A stretch of 64,000 nt of DNA from Flectonema sp. DT1601 (Eukaryota): contig OZ025783.1 in NCBI GenBank assembly GCA_964019425.1, forward strand, positions 930,001 through 994,000. Reading direction: 5' to 3'. Every line of letters starts with the position of its first letter. Within the stretch, counting starts at the first letter, position 1. The notes under the pieces were generated by a model. The model did no database searches. It was not told where the DNA came from and was given only the letters and a program-made list of their open reading frames with translations. Positions 47,796 to 59,443 of the stretch are shown here, one piece after another. The position numbers and the translations under genes were made by a program.

Positions 47796-49433
47796 TTTCA
47801 CATTCAATGGTTTATGCTGGAGGATGAAATAAGAAATCAAAATGAACAACACCATTCGAGACTAACTCGCACCGTCACGGTGTCCAGTAAGTATGACATT
47901 AGAGTCGAGTACACCTGTCTTTTTTTTTTTTGTTCTTGTATTTTTATCTTCTTTCGATTCTTTTTTTTTTTTTGTTCATTATTCATTCCTTATTTTTTTT
48001 TTTTTTTTCCATCTTTTTCTTTTCACTTTTTGAAGTAAGAGTCAGGGGAAGCTAATTGAGCGAAAGAAAAAATAAAAGGCAAATAATTTACCTCAAGGGG
48101 TAACGCAATATGCAAAACCGGAAAAGGGTGTTCCACCGATAATCATTATTGAGTCGCGTTAGAAATAAGAGATTTGTTTATGTTTCAGTGCAAGACTTTC
48201 TTGTTTTCTTTTATTGTAATGAAAAAACATAAAACAACTCGTCATGCGTTGTTCATTAGAGTTATCGAAATTATCAGACATTTGAAAACTGAAAAAACAA
48301 AACTTCTAGGATCGTGAGACCAAATACATGATAATCGTAATTCACGCATCTTTCGTAGGCTATCGTAGGCAAGCCGACAAAAATACTATAAAAAAAAAAA
48401 AAAAAAATTGAACAAGACAAGACAGCAAAAATTAAGGAGTGTAACTTGCTTGTAGAACTCACTGCTATTTATTTTGCAGTAATGAAGGTAAAGGCTGATG
48501 ACGCAACGTTAGCTAAGCATAAACTCTATGTGACAGAAAGGACTGAAGGCAATGTCTTTTTTTTTTTTTTTTTTTTCTTTTAAAAAAAAATATAAATAAA
48601 ACACAACCAAAAAAAAAAACAACTCGGCTGCGCTTTTAACTAAAAATTACAGAAACTTAAATCAAACGAAAAAAAAAAACAAAATAATGTTTTTTTAAAA
48701 TTTAATGTTTTCCCTTTCCTTATTTTTACTAAATGCTACCAATACCGACATACGAATTCAACCATTTCATGTAAATAAATACTCATTGGAGAGATCCAAT
48801 GGATAATATCCACCGCTAGAGGCAATCAATTCAAACGCCCAAAGTCGTTAGTTTTTCTCCACTTTTTTTTTATTTTATTTTTTTATAATAATCGTTCAAG
48901 ACTGACATACTAAAACATTTATTTATTATTACTTTTTTTTTTTTTTTTTTTTTTTCGAAATTCAGAGGTAAGGTAGGGGGTAAATTGATACTGTGTTATC
49001 ATACAGCGCAATTTAATTTTGATACCGCATTTTAAGCTCAGGGGAAAAAAAACAATCACCGAACAAAAAGAGAGAGAAGAAAAAAAAAAAAAAAAAATTA
49101 TTTCTGGATTATTATTTTTTTTTTTTTTTTTTTTTAAATACGAAACAAAGAAACGGGGAAAAAAAAAAAAAAACTAAAAAAAAACTCACAAAGAAAAAGG
49201 GAGTTTTTAATCGTAGCAACGGAAATGCGAATGAGTTAGAAAGTGTAGCTAGCGGTGTACCTAAAAGGTTTTCCCCTTTGCGTTTCTTTTTCTGTTGGAG
49301 CCGAAATAAGAGAGGATAAGTAATTTAGAAAAACGACAGGAACAGGACTCCCGATCACCAACCAAATCAACAAGAGTGATCACTGTGCTACAAAACACGT
49401 TTAAATGTAACGTGAAATTTTATCTCTAAAAAA

Positions 49434-51251
49434 TCACTGAAGAGGTGGTCTGAGCATAGTGTGTGCATCCTTGCTGTAGCTAAATCCCTGAAACATTGCT
49501 TGTTGTTCGGGATCGAGAGGTGGTCCAGCTGCACCCGGGCTGTTGAATGTCCAGCCTTCAATGTGGTCAGCATCTTCACTCGTGACCATTTGAAGCGGTG
49601 CTGTCCAGACAGGTGGACGAGCTTCTCCGCTTTCAAGAGCATACCAATCTACAGTTTTAAACCATGGCTGACGACGAATCACTTCACCTTCTAATCGATG
49701 ATCTGGTTCCTGTTCTAAGAAGTCTTCAACAAAAGCACGACCTTCATTACTTATTCCATAAGAAGTTGGTACTCGAGGTTTTGTTTCTAAAATAGATTTC
49801 CAAATAGCATCACTCGGAACATTTCCATCAGCAGAATTACCTCCGTCAAAAGGTTGCTCACCAGTTAATAAATTATAAATAACAACTCCATAAGCCCACC
49901 AGTCAACAGCATAGGAATAAGGTTTTCCTTCAATCATTTCTGGAGCCATGTACTCTGGAGTTCCAATAAATGTCGTGGCTCTGTCTCCCCAGGCGAGAGG
50001 TCTGCTCAGACCAAAATCTGCAAGCTTTGCATTACCGAATTCATCCAATAAGATATTCTCAGGTTTCAAATCTCTGTATACAATTCCATACTTGTGTAGA
50101 GTTCTCAGTGCGATGAAAACTTGTGCAGAGTAGTATCTCGCTAAGTCTTCAGTTAGTCTCTGATTCTCACATGTGGACATGTACTCGTAAAGATCACCAC
50201 CTGGACAGTAGTCGAGAATAAAACACAAGTGAGTTGGCGATTGAAAAGTATGATGTAGCTTGACGAGTCCATCGTGAGCCCACTGAGTGTGTTTCATCAT
50301 ATCACGTTCTCTCATGATAAGGTCTCTCTTCCAGTTTGGATTGTCGTCAGTTCCTGATGACAGGACCATTCTCTTATCGAGTGTCTTCATTGCGAATAAC
50401 TTACGAGATTCTTTATTTCTTACTAAATAGACTTCTGAAGAAGCACCAGTTCCAAGCATACGAAGCTTCTCAAAGTCTTGAGTACGAAGATGTCCATCTC
50501 TCGCTTTTGGAAATAATCTTTCAAAAGTAGTTGGCGGCATCACTCCTCCCTGTGGCTTTACTGTTGCTTTGAATATAAGCTTCATGTGGATCGCTCGCAT
50601 AAAGTCTTCTTGACTCTTAATGTTAACGTCGTCTATTTTCATAATTGTCATCATGGGTTCGAATCCTGCTATGGCACCAACAGATCCAGTGTTCACTTCC
50701 TTTACAACAACTGAGTTGTTTGTTTCTGATAAGACAAGCCCCAGTTTCACTTCCGGATTTTCTTTCTTAACTTCTAACTCAAGTAATATGCAAGGCTCTT
50801 CTTCTTCATGTTGAACGCCATGGATGGTTGCTTGATATTGTGCAATTTGCCTGAGTAGTTTTCTACGGTGGATTACTTTTGTCATACCGGATTGTTTTAA
50901 ATATTCCTCATCTATGAGAATAAGGTCAGCAATACCGTGAATGCCACTCTTTGTTAACATTGGCATATATTCAAGCATACCTACACTGGTTAAGAAGGGT
51001 TGCAGTTCTTTTTCTTCTAAGATTTTAGGCGGGATAGCGTATTTTTTGGTTCCATTCACTGGCTGTCCTGCTGACACCTTCGCCTTTGATAAATGTCCGT
51101 AGTAACAGGTCTTGTGGAAATTTGATGTGCACGCGCTGCAACCCCTATTCCAACATGCACTCCCACACCACGCGCATTTTGCTTTATCACCGATTGGCAG
51201 GGCTGGACCTCGGTCCAGGTAGTGTCCGTTTGCGCAGGCTGGGTTGACCAT
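49434..51251 (-). CDS. AGC-family Ser/Thr kinase with N-terminal Cys/His finger, SAM and PDZ domains
   Basis: Kinase motifs are LGTGASSEV, FAMK, YRDLKPEN, DFG, TFIGTPEYMAPE and DWWAYG, with hydrophobic motif FQGFSY. SAM reads FLTSVGMLEY...HRRKLL. PDZ reads KLGLVL...VVKEV..GSVGAIAG. Confidence 0.9.
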   Translation of the reverse strand: MVNPACANGHYLDRGPALPIGDKAKCAWCGSACWNRGCSACTSNFHKTCYYGHLSKAKVSAGQPVNGTKKYAIPPKILEEKELQPFLTSVGMLEYMPMLTKSGIHGIADLILIDEEYLKQSGMTKVIHRRKLLRQIAQYQATIHGVQHEEEEPCILLELEVKKENPEVKLGLVLSETNNSVVVKEVNTGSVGAIAGFEPMMTIMKIDDVNIKSQEDFMRAIHMKLIFKATVKPQGGVMPPTTFERLFPKARDGHLRTQDFEKLRMLGTGASSEVYLVRNKESRKLFAMKTLDKRMVLSSGTDDNPNWKRDLIMRERDMMKHTQWAHDGLVKLHHTFQSPTHLCFILDYCPGGDLYEYMSTCENQRLTEDLARYYSAQVFIALRTLHKYGIVYRDLKPENILLDEFGNAKLADFGLSRPLAWGDRATTFIGTPEYMAPEMIEGKPYSYAVDWWAYGVVIYNLLTGEQPFDGGNSADGNVPSDAIWKSILETKPRVPTSYGISNEGRAFVEDFLEQEPDHRLEGEVIRRQPWFKTVDWYALESGEARPPVWTAPLQMVTSEDADHIEGWTFNSPGAAGPPLDPEQQAMFQGFSYSKDAHTMLRPPLQ

Positions 51252-51569
51252 ATGGTAGTTTCTAAGAGTGGGAAGATAATAATTATTCAGGAAACATATT
51301 CATGACTGCGTTACTTCACACAACTAGTTGCTCGGTATAAAAGAAATAAGAATATATAAATCTATTCGGCCCCTAAGGAGGCCGTTCAACATCTAAGTTT
51401 CGTTTTTTATTTTTTTTTTTTTTTTTCCGTTTGAACTCTGTCCAGTGAACCTTGTTCTTTCTTTTAATGTATTTTTCTATGCTTTTCCCCCACGAAATTG
51501 ATTCTAACTATAAAAACTAAACAAAACGACAATAAGAGGGTTGTTGAAGTGTTGAGTAAGAGGACTGCG

Positions 51570-53981
51570 CTATGCAGTTAAAGCTGGTCCAAGAAATCTC
51601 ATGTTCTTCTGAAACTGTTGAGCATGTCTATTAAATGCTTGTACTTCTCTAGGAACTGGGATATTAGCAGTGGGAATAGAAGAACCTGTCACACGTATCG
51701 ACTGAACATCATTTCTATTATTATTACTCCTAACCCGTTGTAAGTATGAGGCAGTCGGTGCCGTCAACGAATCGAGAAGTTGCGCAGAATGTAAATCTCT
51801 CTTATGACGGTGGTGATTAGGAATGGCTCGGGAAAGTCTTTTACGTTTTGGGGAGACAGAAGTGGGTCTAAATGGAGGTTTTTTAACATCCAACATATCG
51901 AAGAAGTCTTCTTTCCTTCGATGTAACTTAGCACGTGAACTAGCCGTCTGAACTGAAGCACAATGAGGTACTTCAACACTGTGAGAGGATCGTGAGCTGC
52001 GTGAACTACGTCTACTTTCTCCACTTGTGCTTCTGTTACGAGGAGTACGCGATCTGGTTGAGCTGCGTCCTGTAATAGGAATGTCTGTTTTTGTTACATC
52101 CACAGCAGTGGTTGTATTTGAAGAAGGTGTAATAATTCTTTTTGTTAATCTCCCTTTTAGAGGTTCCTCGTCATCATCACTAATAGCTAGCGGGGGTCGT
52201 GAGACTGTAGTTCTTTCAATCCCAACAGTTTTCTTATCCGTTTGTGTTTCTGAACTGATTGCTTTTGATGGATCACTCTTCGGCTTCGCTTGATAACCAA
52301 AACTTCCTCCCGCAGTAACATTAACATTTTCTGACACTCTCTGCATTGGGGATACTGCTGCTGCAAGAATAGGAGACCTGCTTCCTGGTAGTTGATCTGT
52401 TTCGTACCTTGTTGTGACTACTACTTTATCTATTAGACAGCCACTAACTTGTTTTTGAATATCAGTATTCAAGTGAATTGGTTGTTGTTCATTAGCATCC
52501 ATTACTCTCAATGGCTCTCTCACTGGGACAGACATCAGACTTTCAGAATGAAGATGATGTTGATGAGTCAGCAGGTCTGATTGCCTTGTTGGAATAGTTG
52601 GAATAGTCAATGTTCTTGAATTACTATTTTGTGATTGATTATTTATTCTTTTTGGAAGTGTTAGCACACGAGGCTTTGTAATACTTGGTTGCTGCTGTTG
52701 TGAGTAATGTGCACTGCTGGTCTTTAAATCCCTGTTCCCTGACTCTTCATAACTGCAAAGGGGTACACCAGCCGAACTTGCCAACAATGTAACTGCATTA
52801 CTCATGTCTTGAAGAAGGTGATTCAGTTCGATTCTGTCGGGAGATGCACTTTCAGTGTGTAATGCCTTATCAGTGGCTCTAACTGATGTGATTATTGGAG
52901 GATCTGGTTTTGGTGTTGATGCTTTTGATCGTCTTCTCATTTCCGATAATCTGACGTAGTCGCAGCTTTTCAGCGGAGAGAATCGCAGTTCACATTCAGC
53001 AATCTCTACTCGATTCTTTTCTTCTTCAAGTGTGAGGAGTTGACGCTGCAGCTTCTGACGTGTAACTGCTTCCTTCGCAAGACTTTCTTGTATCTGTTGA
53101 AAGCTTAGAGCAGTGACTTGTGAATGACTACTTATATCATCGTGGGACCGTACCGGGTTGGGATTGTTATCAACTGGAAGTGGTACGGTAGTACTGGTGT
53201 GAGGTGACATTGTGTTAATTACTTCAGTGTAAGAATATCCAACAGCCTGTTGTTCAATAAGTGATGGGTCTGTGTGTGAGGTTTTCGATATCGCTGTTGT
53301 TGTTTTGGTAATATCAGTGTCTGAAGTGGTGTTGATTTCCTCTCTTTGATACGTCGAGTGTTGATCTGATGTTGGAGATCTGATAGCATTAGAACCAGTT
53401 GATAATGGTGTTTTAATAGAACTGTTATCAGTCACTGCTATCTCTTCATCAGCAAACCCTCCCGGAATAACACCAGTGTGTTGCCATGAAAAGGAAGTGT
53501 ATTGCGGTAATGCTTCCGATTCTTCTATTTTAGAATTAACTTCTTCCTGGTCAACTACTTCAGTTGGAAGTGTTGTAGTTTGAGGAGATGTGTCAGCCAG
53601 ACAGATAACTTCAGTCGATCGAATTGAAAGATGTGACTCATCACTATTACGTTCTGGAGAATTGAATACCGTAGCAGTAGTATCATCAACTGATAAAGAA
53701 ACATCAGGTAAGATATCAGATATTCCTCCAACTGGTGTTTCAATTGGAAGAATGTCTGTACTCAAATCTAATGATCCGTTGGATGATATACTCGCCGCTA
53801 GTGTTCTCCTGTCGATATGACTTGACCAGACACTTCCACACTCTGCTAACCATCCCATCTCACCGCTGGCTATTAAATCTATGTCTCGATCGATTTCTAT
53901 TTTTTGTCTTTCTCTTCGCAGTCGATCCATCACGTTCTCATGTAGAGTCTCTTCTGAGTCATCTGAAAACACGGATGACAT
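51570..53981 (-). CDS. Hypothetical S/T-rich, largely disordered protein (803 aa)
   Basis: Long ORF with a short coiled-coil and an LTAPTASYL motif. No family recognised. Confidence 0.7.
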   Translation of the reverse strand: MSSVFSDDSEETLHENVMDRLRRERQKIEIDRDIDLIASGEMGWLAECGSVWSSHIDRRTLAASISSNGSLDLSTDILPIETPVGGISDILPDVSLSVDDTTATVFNSPERNSDESHLSIRSTEVICLADTSPQTTTLPTEVVDQEEVNSKIEESEALPQYTSFSWQHTGVIPGGFADEEIAVTDNSSIKTPLSTGSNAIRSPTSDQHSTYQREEINTTSDTDITKTTTAISKTSHTDPSLIEQQAVGYSYTEVINTMSPHTSTTVPLPVDNNPNPVRSHDDISSHSQVTALSFQQIQESLAKEAVTRQKLQRQLLTLEEEKNRVEIAECELRFSPLKSCDYVRLSEMRRRSKASTPKPDPPIITSVRATDKALHTESASPDRIELNHLLQDMSNAVTLLASSAGVPLCSYEESGNRDLKTSSAHYSQQQQPSITKPRVLTLPKRINNQSQNSNSRTLTIPTIPTRQSDLLTHQHHLHSESLMSVPVREPLRVMDANEQQPIHLNTDIQKQVSGCLIDKVVVTTRYETDQLPGSRSPILAAAVSPMQRVSENVNVTAGGSFGYQAKPKSDPSKAISSETQTDKKTVGIERTTVSRPPLAISDDDEEPLKGRLTKRIITPSSNTTTAVDVTKTDIPITGRSSTRSRTPRNRSTSGESRRSSRSSRSSHSVEVPHCASVQTASSRAKLHRRKEDFFDMLDVKKPPFRPTSVSPKRKRLSRAIPNHHRHKRDLHSAQLLDSLTAPTASYLQRVRSNNNRNDVQSIRVTGSSIPTANIPVPREVQAFNRHAQQFQKNMRFLGPALTA

Positions 53982-54734
53982 GACTCGTCTTTAGTGAATG
54001 TTTAACTTTGTGGGGAGTTAATAATAATAATATTAAAGTAAAAACAACCTAATCAAAACCTCCTAATAATTGTCGCCTGTGTGAGAACTAATATCAACTT
54101 CAGGAGTAAGCTATTCCTCTGAGGGATGAGCAACAATGAAGAAAGTCTTAACAGTTTCCATTTATTGAAAACCGATAAATCACACGTACAGGAAAATATT
54201 TTCTTTTCTGGTAACAAATAGTCTTGATAAGCACAAGACTGTAAGGGAGGTACAACCGAATAGAAACCTTTCATGTCTGATAGATTCCACTGTTCGAAGT
54301 ATCGATAAATCCATCGCTACAATCACTACAGAGATAAATAATTAAAAAGAAAATAATTTGCGACGAAGGATTGTACAACACGGATAGGGTTGCCGAATTC
54401 AAGTCTGATACCCTTATAAAGTGGAGGAGCTTAAAATCAGACCCTACATGTAATCAGGTTCGATAAATTAATAAAATCATTCAACAGATTCAACACTGCT
54501 GAAGTTAGATATTCCCAACGCTGTTAAGGAAATCATTCTCAAGGGATTCATAAGCGCATGTTTGACTGAAGATTTCTGAGTGTGAAATTAAACATAAAAT
54601 ATTAACCCAACCACTTACAGTGTCGCAACATTTCGCAGAAATCCCGCGAGTAACTTGTTGCTGTTGATTAGGATAGTTGTCTGCTAATAATGTGTTCAGA
54701 CGAAAGGAATTTAATAAATATAAACATCACTTGA

Positions 54735-55703
54735 TTAGTTGAAGCAAATTAAGTTCCCCAACTCATTTAAGCCAACACTGGAACCCAGACTTTCTAATGC
54801 TTGTTGAACCAGTGCTGGAACAAACTCATCAGAAAGACAACAGGATGCACACAACTCCTCTGCAACTGTCGTTGGGTTGTCTCCTTCAAGAAGACGAAAT
54901 ACTGCTGAGGGTGCATCCTCGAGTTCGATTTCCATTTCGAGGAGTGTTTTTCTGCAGTCGGAGAGTTCTGTTTGCTGAGCTGATTTCATAACAACATCAC
55001 TCTCAGTAGTTGGTGAGAGTAGCCTACGAACAGATCTATGATTTGAGGGATCAACAAACCAGGGTTTTGAAAAAGTCCAATAAGCGATAATCCTATCCTT
55101 TGTAGTAGTGTTTGCACCACCTCTATGCCATACTCGATAATCAAATAAGAGAGCAGAGCCCTGAGATAATTCTGGTTGTGAAATACTCTGATTAAGTGAC
55201 GTCTCTGCATCACAGTGTTGAGATCCAATTCGGAATTCAGTTGCGCCATTGGAAGAGGAAACATCACAAAGAGGGATTAAAACATTAAGGCAGTGAGGAG
55301 GTAGATTACTATTATTAAATAACGAGGGACCATCTTGATGCCAACCCTGTGCATCACTATTAGGGGAGGCGACAATGAGTCCACTAAAACAGAGTTTATA
55401 TCCTGTACCTCCAAGTATCTTTTCTATAGTTGGAATGCAGCTATTTAATATGGTAGTGTCAGTAAGAGGATCGACGTCTTCTAAGAAACGAATATCACTC
55501 CTTCCGCCAGGTCTCTCTACTACCTCACTGAAATCAGCAGACAATGCATTTCCATTCAGTTTCTGCTGCAAGAGTGCTGAGCGAATCTTTAATAGATGCG
55601 ATGCCGCAGTAGTTTTACACTTTTCTAACAATTCTCCTGAAATTACATTCGGTATAAAACAGTATCCATTCTTATTAAACTGTGCGTAGCTCGAATCCTC
55701 CAT
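54735..55703 (-). CDS. Phytanoyl-CoA dioxygenase (PhyH)-family Fe(II)/2OG dioxygenase
   Basis: Motifs are QFNKNGY, QGWHQD (HxD), NGATEF..GS and WHRGGAN..DR. The 3' end is uncertain because a further small exon near 54619-54660 is possible. Confidence 0.82.
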   Translation of the reverse strand: MEDSSYAQFNKNGYCFIPNVISGELLEKCKTTAASHLLKIRSALLQQKLNGNALSADFSEVVERPGGRSDIRFLEDVDPLTDTTILNSCIPTIEKILGGTGYKLCFSGLIVASPNSDAQGWHQDGPSLFNNSNLPPHCLNVLIPLCDVSSSNGATEFRIGSQHCDAETSLNQSISQPELSQGSALLFDYRVWHRGGANTTTKDRIIAYWTFSKPWFVDPSNHRSVRRLLSPTTESDVVMKSAQQTELSDCRKTLLEMEIELEDAPSAVFRLLEGDNPTTVAEELCASCCLSDEFVPALVQQALESLGSSVGLNELGNLICFN

Positions 55704-56313
55704 GATGAATTAACTAAATGAAAAGGTGAGAATAATAATAAAAAACCCGCTCTTTTGAAGCCGAACACGTTGGTTTTTCTGCAAGGCCTGAACGAAGGAA
55801 AAAATATTATTTAATAATGGCAAATAATCTCATATCTCTAATAAAGTGAACTAGAAATCGTACAGCTTTTAAAATAAACCAACACAGATGGCTTACGAAA
55901 AACACACATTGTGAATGCTATTTAACAAGAAAAGTGAAAAAAAGAAAGAAAGAAAAGAAAGAAAACGGAATAAATCTAATTTCATTAAAACAAGTGTGCA
56001 TCTAGGGCACCATGACAAGGGTCGCAGCTATCGTTTTTTTTTTTTTTTTTTAGCCACTTTTTTTCATTTCTAAAAAAATAGTAACTCAAGAGAAGGCTGC
56101 AAGAGTTTGTTTAACAAAAAAAATAAAAAAAATGAAAAAAAATACTTACAATCACTTTCTATCAATCTATTTTCTCTTTGACAGAGACTCGCTACACTTA
56201 GACTTGCATTTCACTAGCTAGTAGATTAATATGCTTCGTAATGACATTATTGAAATAACACGAACGGTGTCAATGTAAACGAATAGAGGCGAAGAGAAGC
56301 TTCCACGGAGGTG

Positions 56314-58956
56314 TTATCTTCTTGCGTAGCATTCGTTTAGAAAATGTCGTTGCTCTCGAAGTTTAGAAGCAGTTGCAGGATCAAGGCTCTTAGCAGAAGT
56401 ATTAGTCGCAATAACAGATAACGGAGGTTGTTGAGTTGTAGATCCAGCACCCCATGCTTCTTTAATAGTTTTTATTGGTTGATCAGCTGACATATGTTTT
56501 CGAATAGTGTCGATATTCTGTCTCTCCTGATCTTGTTGTTGACGAGACAATTCCGTTGCTCGTCTGGCATCTTCAGCAGCCTGTCGGTCTGCTTGAGATC
56601 CTTGTTTCAGTGCTAAGGCACGTTCAGATTCTTCTTCAGCCTTTATCATCAGTGCTTCCACTTTGCGCTTTTCTTCTTCGATTAGTCTCTTTTCCTCTTC
56701 AACTGTTGAGGTAGTCTCGTCTTTCCAGATTTCCATCCTTCGATATTCCGTTTCTATGAATCTCTTCTTTTCGAGGAATCTCTGGCTCTCAGCAGCGACT
56801 TCTGCCAACGTCTCGCACGCCTGTGACTTGGAATCGTGAGCTTCTTTTTCTTCTTTGCGAACACGATCGAGTAGCTTAGTCATATCAGTGCGTTCCTTGC
56901 TGATTTCAACACGTTGTTCTCCCAGTTCTTTCAGCCATGAAAACCGTTCTTCATCTAGTTCACTCCGCTTCTGTTCAAGTGAAAGCATTTCGTTGTGCAT
57001 TTCCTTAGCATGCTGCGCTCTCTGTTGTTCAACGATGTCTCTCATAGTGGCACTCTTCGCTTGGGCTTCCTGCATTGATTTCATTTCCTGAGCGTGTTGT
57101 TCAGAGTAGCCACTTATTGCTGACTCAAAGCGCGTAACGAGTGAGTGAACTCGCACTTTTTCCTTTTCCAACAGTTCTTTTTGGGTAGCGATTTGAATAT
57201 TAAGTTCTTCTTGCACGCGGGTCTGCTTCTCCATGTGACGCTCCCGTTCCTTTAAAGCCTCGAGTTGTTGTTGGTGAGCAGCAGTGTTTAAATCTGATAC
57301 TCCCGATATTGAGTGCTGTACTTTCTCGATGAGTTCAGAGAGTCTGCTGGAGTTGTTCTGATGACTTTCGAAGACTGTGAGAGACTTCTGGTGTTGCTCT
57401 TGTTGTAGTTTTAGAGAGTCTTGGTGTCTTGATTCCATATTATTAATTTCTATACTGCGGAGTTCTTTAATGTGTTCAAGTTCCGATTGCATTCGGAGCT
57501 GTAGCTCATCAGTTTGTTGTTTTGAAGCCCGTTGATATGTTTCTAACTGTTGCTTGAAAGATGCCTGTTCTCGTTCTCGAAAAGCTACTTCTTCACTGTC
57601 CCGACGATCTCGTTCAAGCTTTCCAACTCGATCGCTGTGGTCTTGCTCGCGGGTGAGTCGCTTTTCCTTCTCTTCCATTTCTGTAGTCAGTTGCTTTTCA
57701 CGATTCATTTTCTCGCGGTGGACGCGTTCCTCGTCTGCTTCTTGTCGCTTTCTTTCGACGTCGTTTAGCTGATCCCAAAACCTTTCTTCGCGAGCTTCCC
57801 TGTCACTTCGTTCTTTTTCATCACGAACCATTCTGTCTTCGAACCAGGTTCGGTCCCTAGCTTCTCGTTCCTTCCGGTAACGTTCCTCTTTTTGATGTCT
57901 TTCTCGCTCAGCTGAAACAATTGACATATTTAGTTCTTGAAAGATTGATTTCACATCATTAGCGAGTCTCTTCATGACAGCTGATGCTGCAGCTTCCTCA
58001 TCAGCGAGAAGGCGATCTCTGCGGCGTTCATTAGTTCTTCTCATTCTTCGCAACTGTTCCTTTTGCCAGCGAAGTTTAGAGCGGTCTGTTGGGCTATCGG
58101 GTTCCCTCTCTTGACCCTTTTGATAATAATATTCGTCTTCAGGTTGATATTGTTGTTGCTGTTGTTGTTGAGGTTGTTGTTGTTTTGATACAGGATGCAC
58201 TTCCTGCTGAAACTGAAGTGGTATCTTCGGAATAGCTTGAGCAGCACTCCCCTGCTCCCTGAGTGGTGTAGTTGTTGGAGAAATACTAACATTTCCTCTC
58301 TTTGAATATCTCGGTGAGACTGGTGGCTTTCCAGTGTCAGCGGCAGGTGCTGGAGCTGGTTCTATGTGAGAGGCGGCTTGCTTAGAGGAATCACGATATT
58401 TGGATTCCCATTCTTGACGTTTTTTGTTGTATTCTTCCGCTTCCTGACGTTTGCGTTCGGCTTCGAGTTGTTCCGAAGTTTTGGATGGAGAGGAGGGGGC
58501 ATCCTTGGAGGGAGGAAGTTCAACAGCGAAAGCATCACTTTCGAAATCGTCAACGTATTCTACGGATTCCTTACCAGGACTGGGAAAGCCTGTAACATCA
58601 AAATCATCTTCGTACTGAGCCGATGAGGAGTCTTGTGACTGCGATACGTCTCTTCCAGAAGTAGTTGTTACCGTAGTAGTTGTTGTTGTCTTTTCCCTAT
58701 CAGATTGCGATTGAGACCTTCCTTGTTTATTCGCTGCCTTCAACCGCTTCTTCTCAGCTAGTTTTTCCTTTCTCCTCTTCTCTTTTTCTCGTTCCTTTTT
58801 CCTCCTTTTCTTTTCCTCCTTGTCCCGCTGTTTTTGTTCTTTGTCGAGGACTTCAGAAACATCGAACTCGTCTGTCAGTAAAACAGGATCCATGTTAAAC
58901 GATCCTTGTGTACGAGTGCCCGGGATTGGGGCACCCATCAATGATGACATCGACAT
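56314..58956 (-). CDS. Coiled-coil protein, possibly FBF1-like (ciliary transition fibre)
   Basis: 880-aa ORF with a disordered N-terminal half and a long E/R/Q coiled-coil. The FBF1 resemblance is from memory only. Confidence 0.6.
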   Translation of the reverse strand: MSMSSLMGAPIPGTRTQGSFNMDPVLLTDEFDVSEVLDKEQKQRDKEEKKRRKKEREKEKRRKEKLAEKKRLKAANKQGRSQSQSDREKTTTTTTVTTTSGRDVSQSQDSSSAQYEDDFDVTGFPSPGKESVEYVDDFESDAFAVELPPSKDAPSSPSKTSEQLEAERKRQEAEEYNKKRQEWESKYRDSSKQAASHIEPAPAPAADTGKPPVSPRYSKRGNVSISPTTTPLREQGSAAQAIPKIPLQFQQEVHPVSKQQQPQQQQQQQYQPEDEYYYQKGQEREPDSPTDRSKLRWQKEQLRRMRRTNERRRDRLLADEEAAASAVMKRLANDVKSIFQELNMSIVSAERERHQKEERYRKEREARDRTWFEDRMVRDEKERSDREAREERFWDQLNDVERKRQEADEERVHREKMNREKQLTTEMEEKEKRLTREQDHSDRVGKLERDRRDSEEVAFREREQASFKQQLETYQRASKQQTDELQLRMQSELEHIKELRSIEINNMESRHQDSLKLQQEQHQKSLTVFESHQNNSSRLSELIEKVQHSISGVSDLNTAAHQQQLEALKERERHMEKQTRVQEELNIQIATQKELLEKEKVRVHSLVTRFESAISGYSEQHAQEMKSMQEAQAKSATMRDIVEQQRAQHAKEMHNEMLSLEQKRSELDEERFSWLKELGEQRVEISKERTDMTKLLDRVRKEEKEAHDSKSQACETLAEVAAESQRFLEKKRFIETEYRRMEIWKDETTSTVEEEKRLIEEEKRKVEALMIKAEEESERALALKQGSQADRQAAEDARRATELSRQQQDQERQNIDTIRKHMSADQPIKTIKEAWGAGSTTQQPPLSVIATNTSAKSLDPATASKLREQRHFLNECYARR

Positions 58957-59443
58957 GTGTTAATATTTATTTCGTGGACACCACGGCTGGAATAGAGAAC
59001 ATGAATACAAAAGACAGAAAAGGTCTAAAAAATAATTGATTCATTATGCAGGGGATAACCCTCCTTTTTTTTTTTTTTTTTTTTTGTTGTTGTTGTTATT
59101 TTTCCGTTGTTTGCTTTGTCTCTCTTTCCCAACCCTCGAATTGGGCTGAGACTGCTTCCACTACTTGCTATAATCCTTTAGCAAAAAAAAATAAAAAAAA
59201 GCGGAAAAAAACAAGAAGAAATAAAAACAGCCCTTAAAAAAACAATAAAATAGTAGTGAAACAAAGCAAGCAAATAAAGCAAAAAGATGGGGCTGGAATG
59301 CAAAAATAAAATAAAATAAAATAAACACTATGCCGTGAACGTGGTAAGTAACTGGAATCGGTTGTGCTCATTATTCAACACCCTGACTTTCGGGAACGGG
59401 GTAGGGGAAAGTATCATTTTTCAAGCACTCTAAATCACCAAGC

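Noticed and set aside
54440..54475. GGTTCGA T-loop-like motifs (also near 844 and 11491 on the minus strand)
   Set aside because: No T-stem or cloverleaf, so these are not tRNAs.
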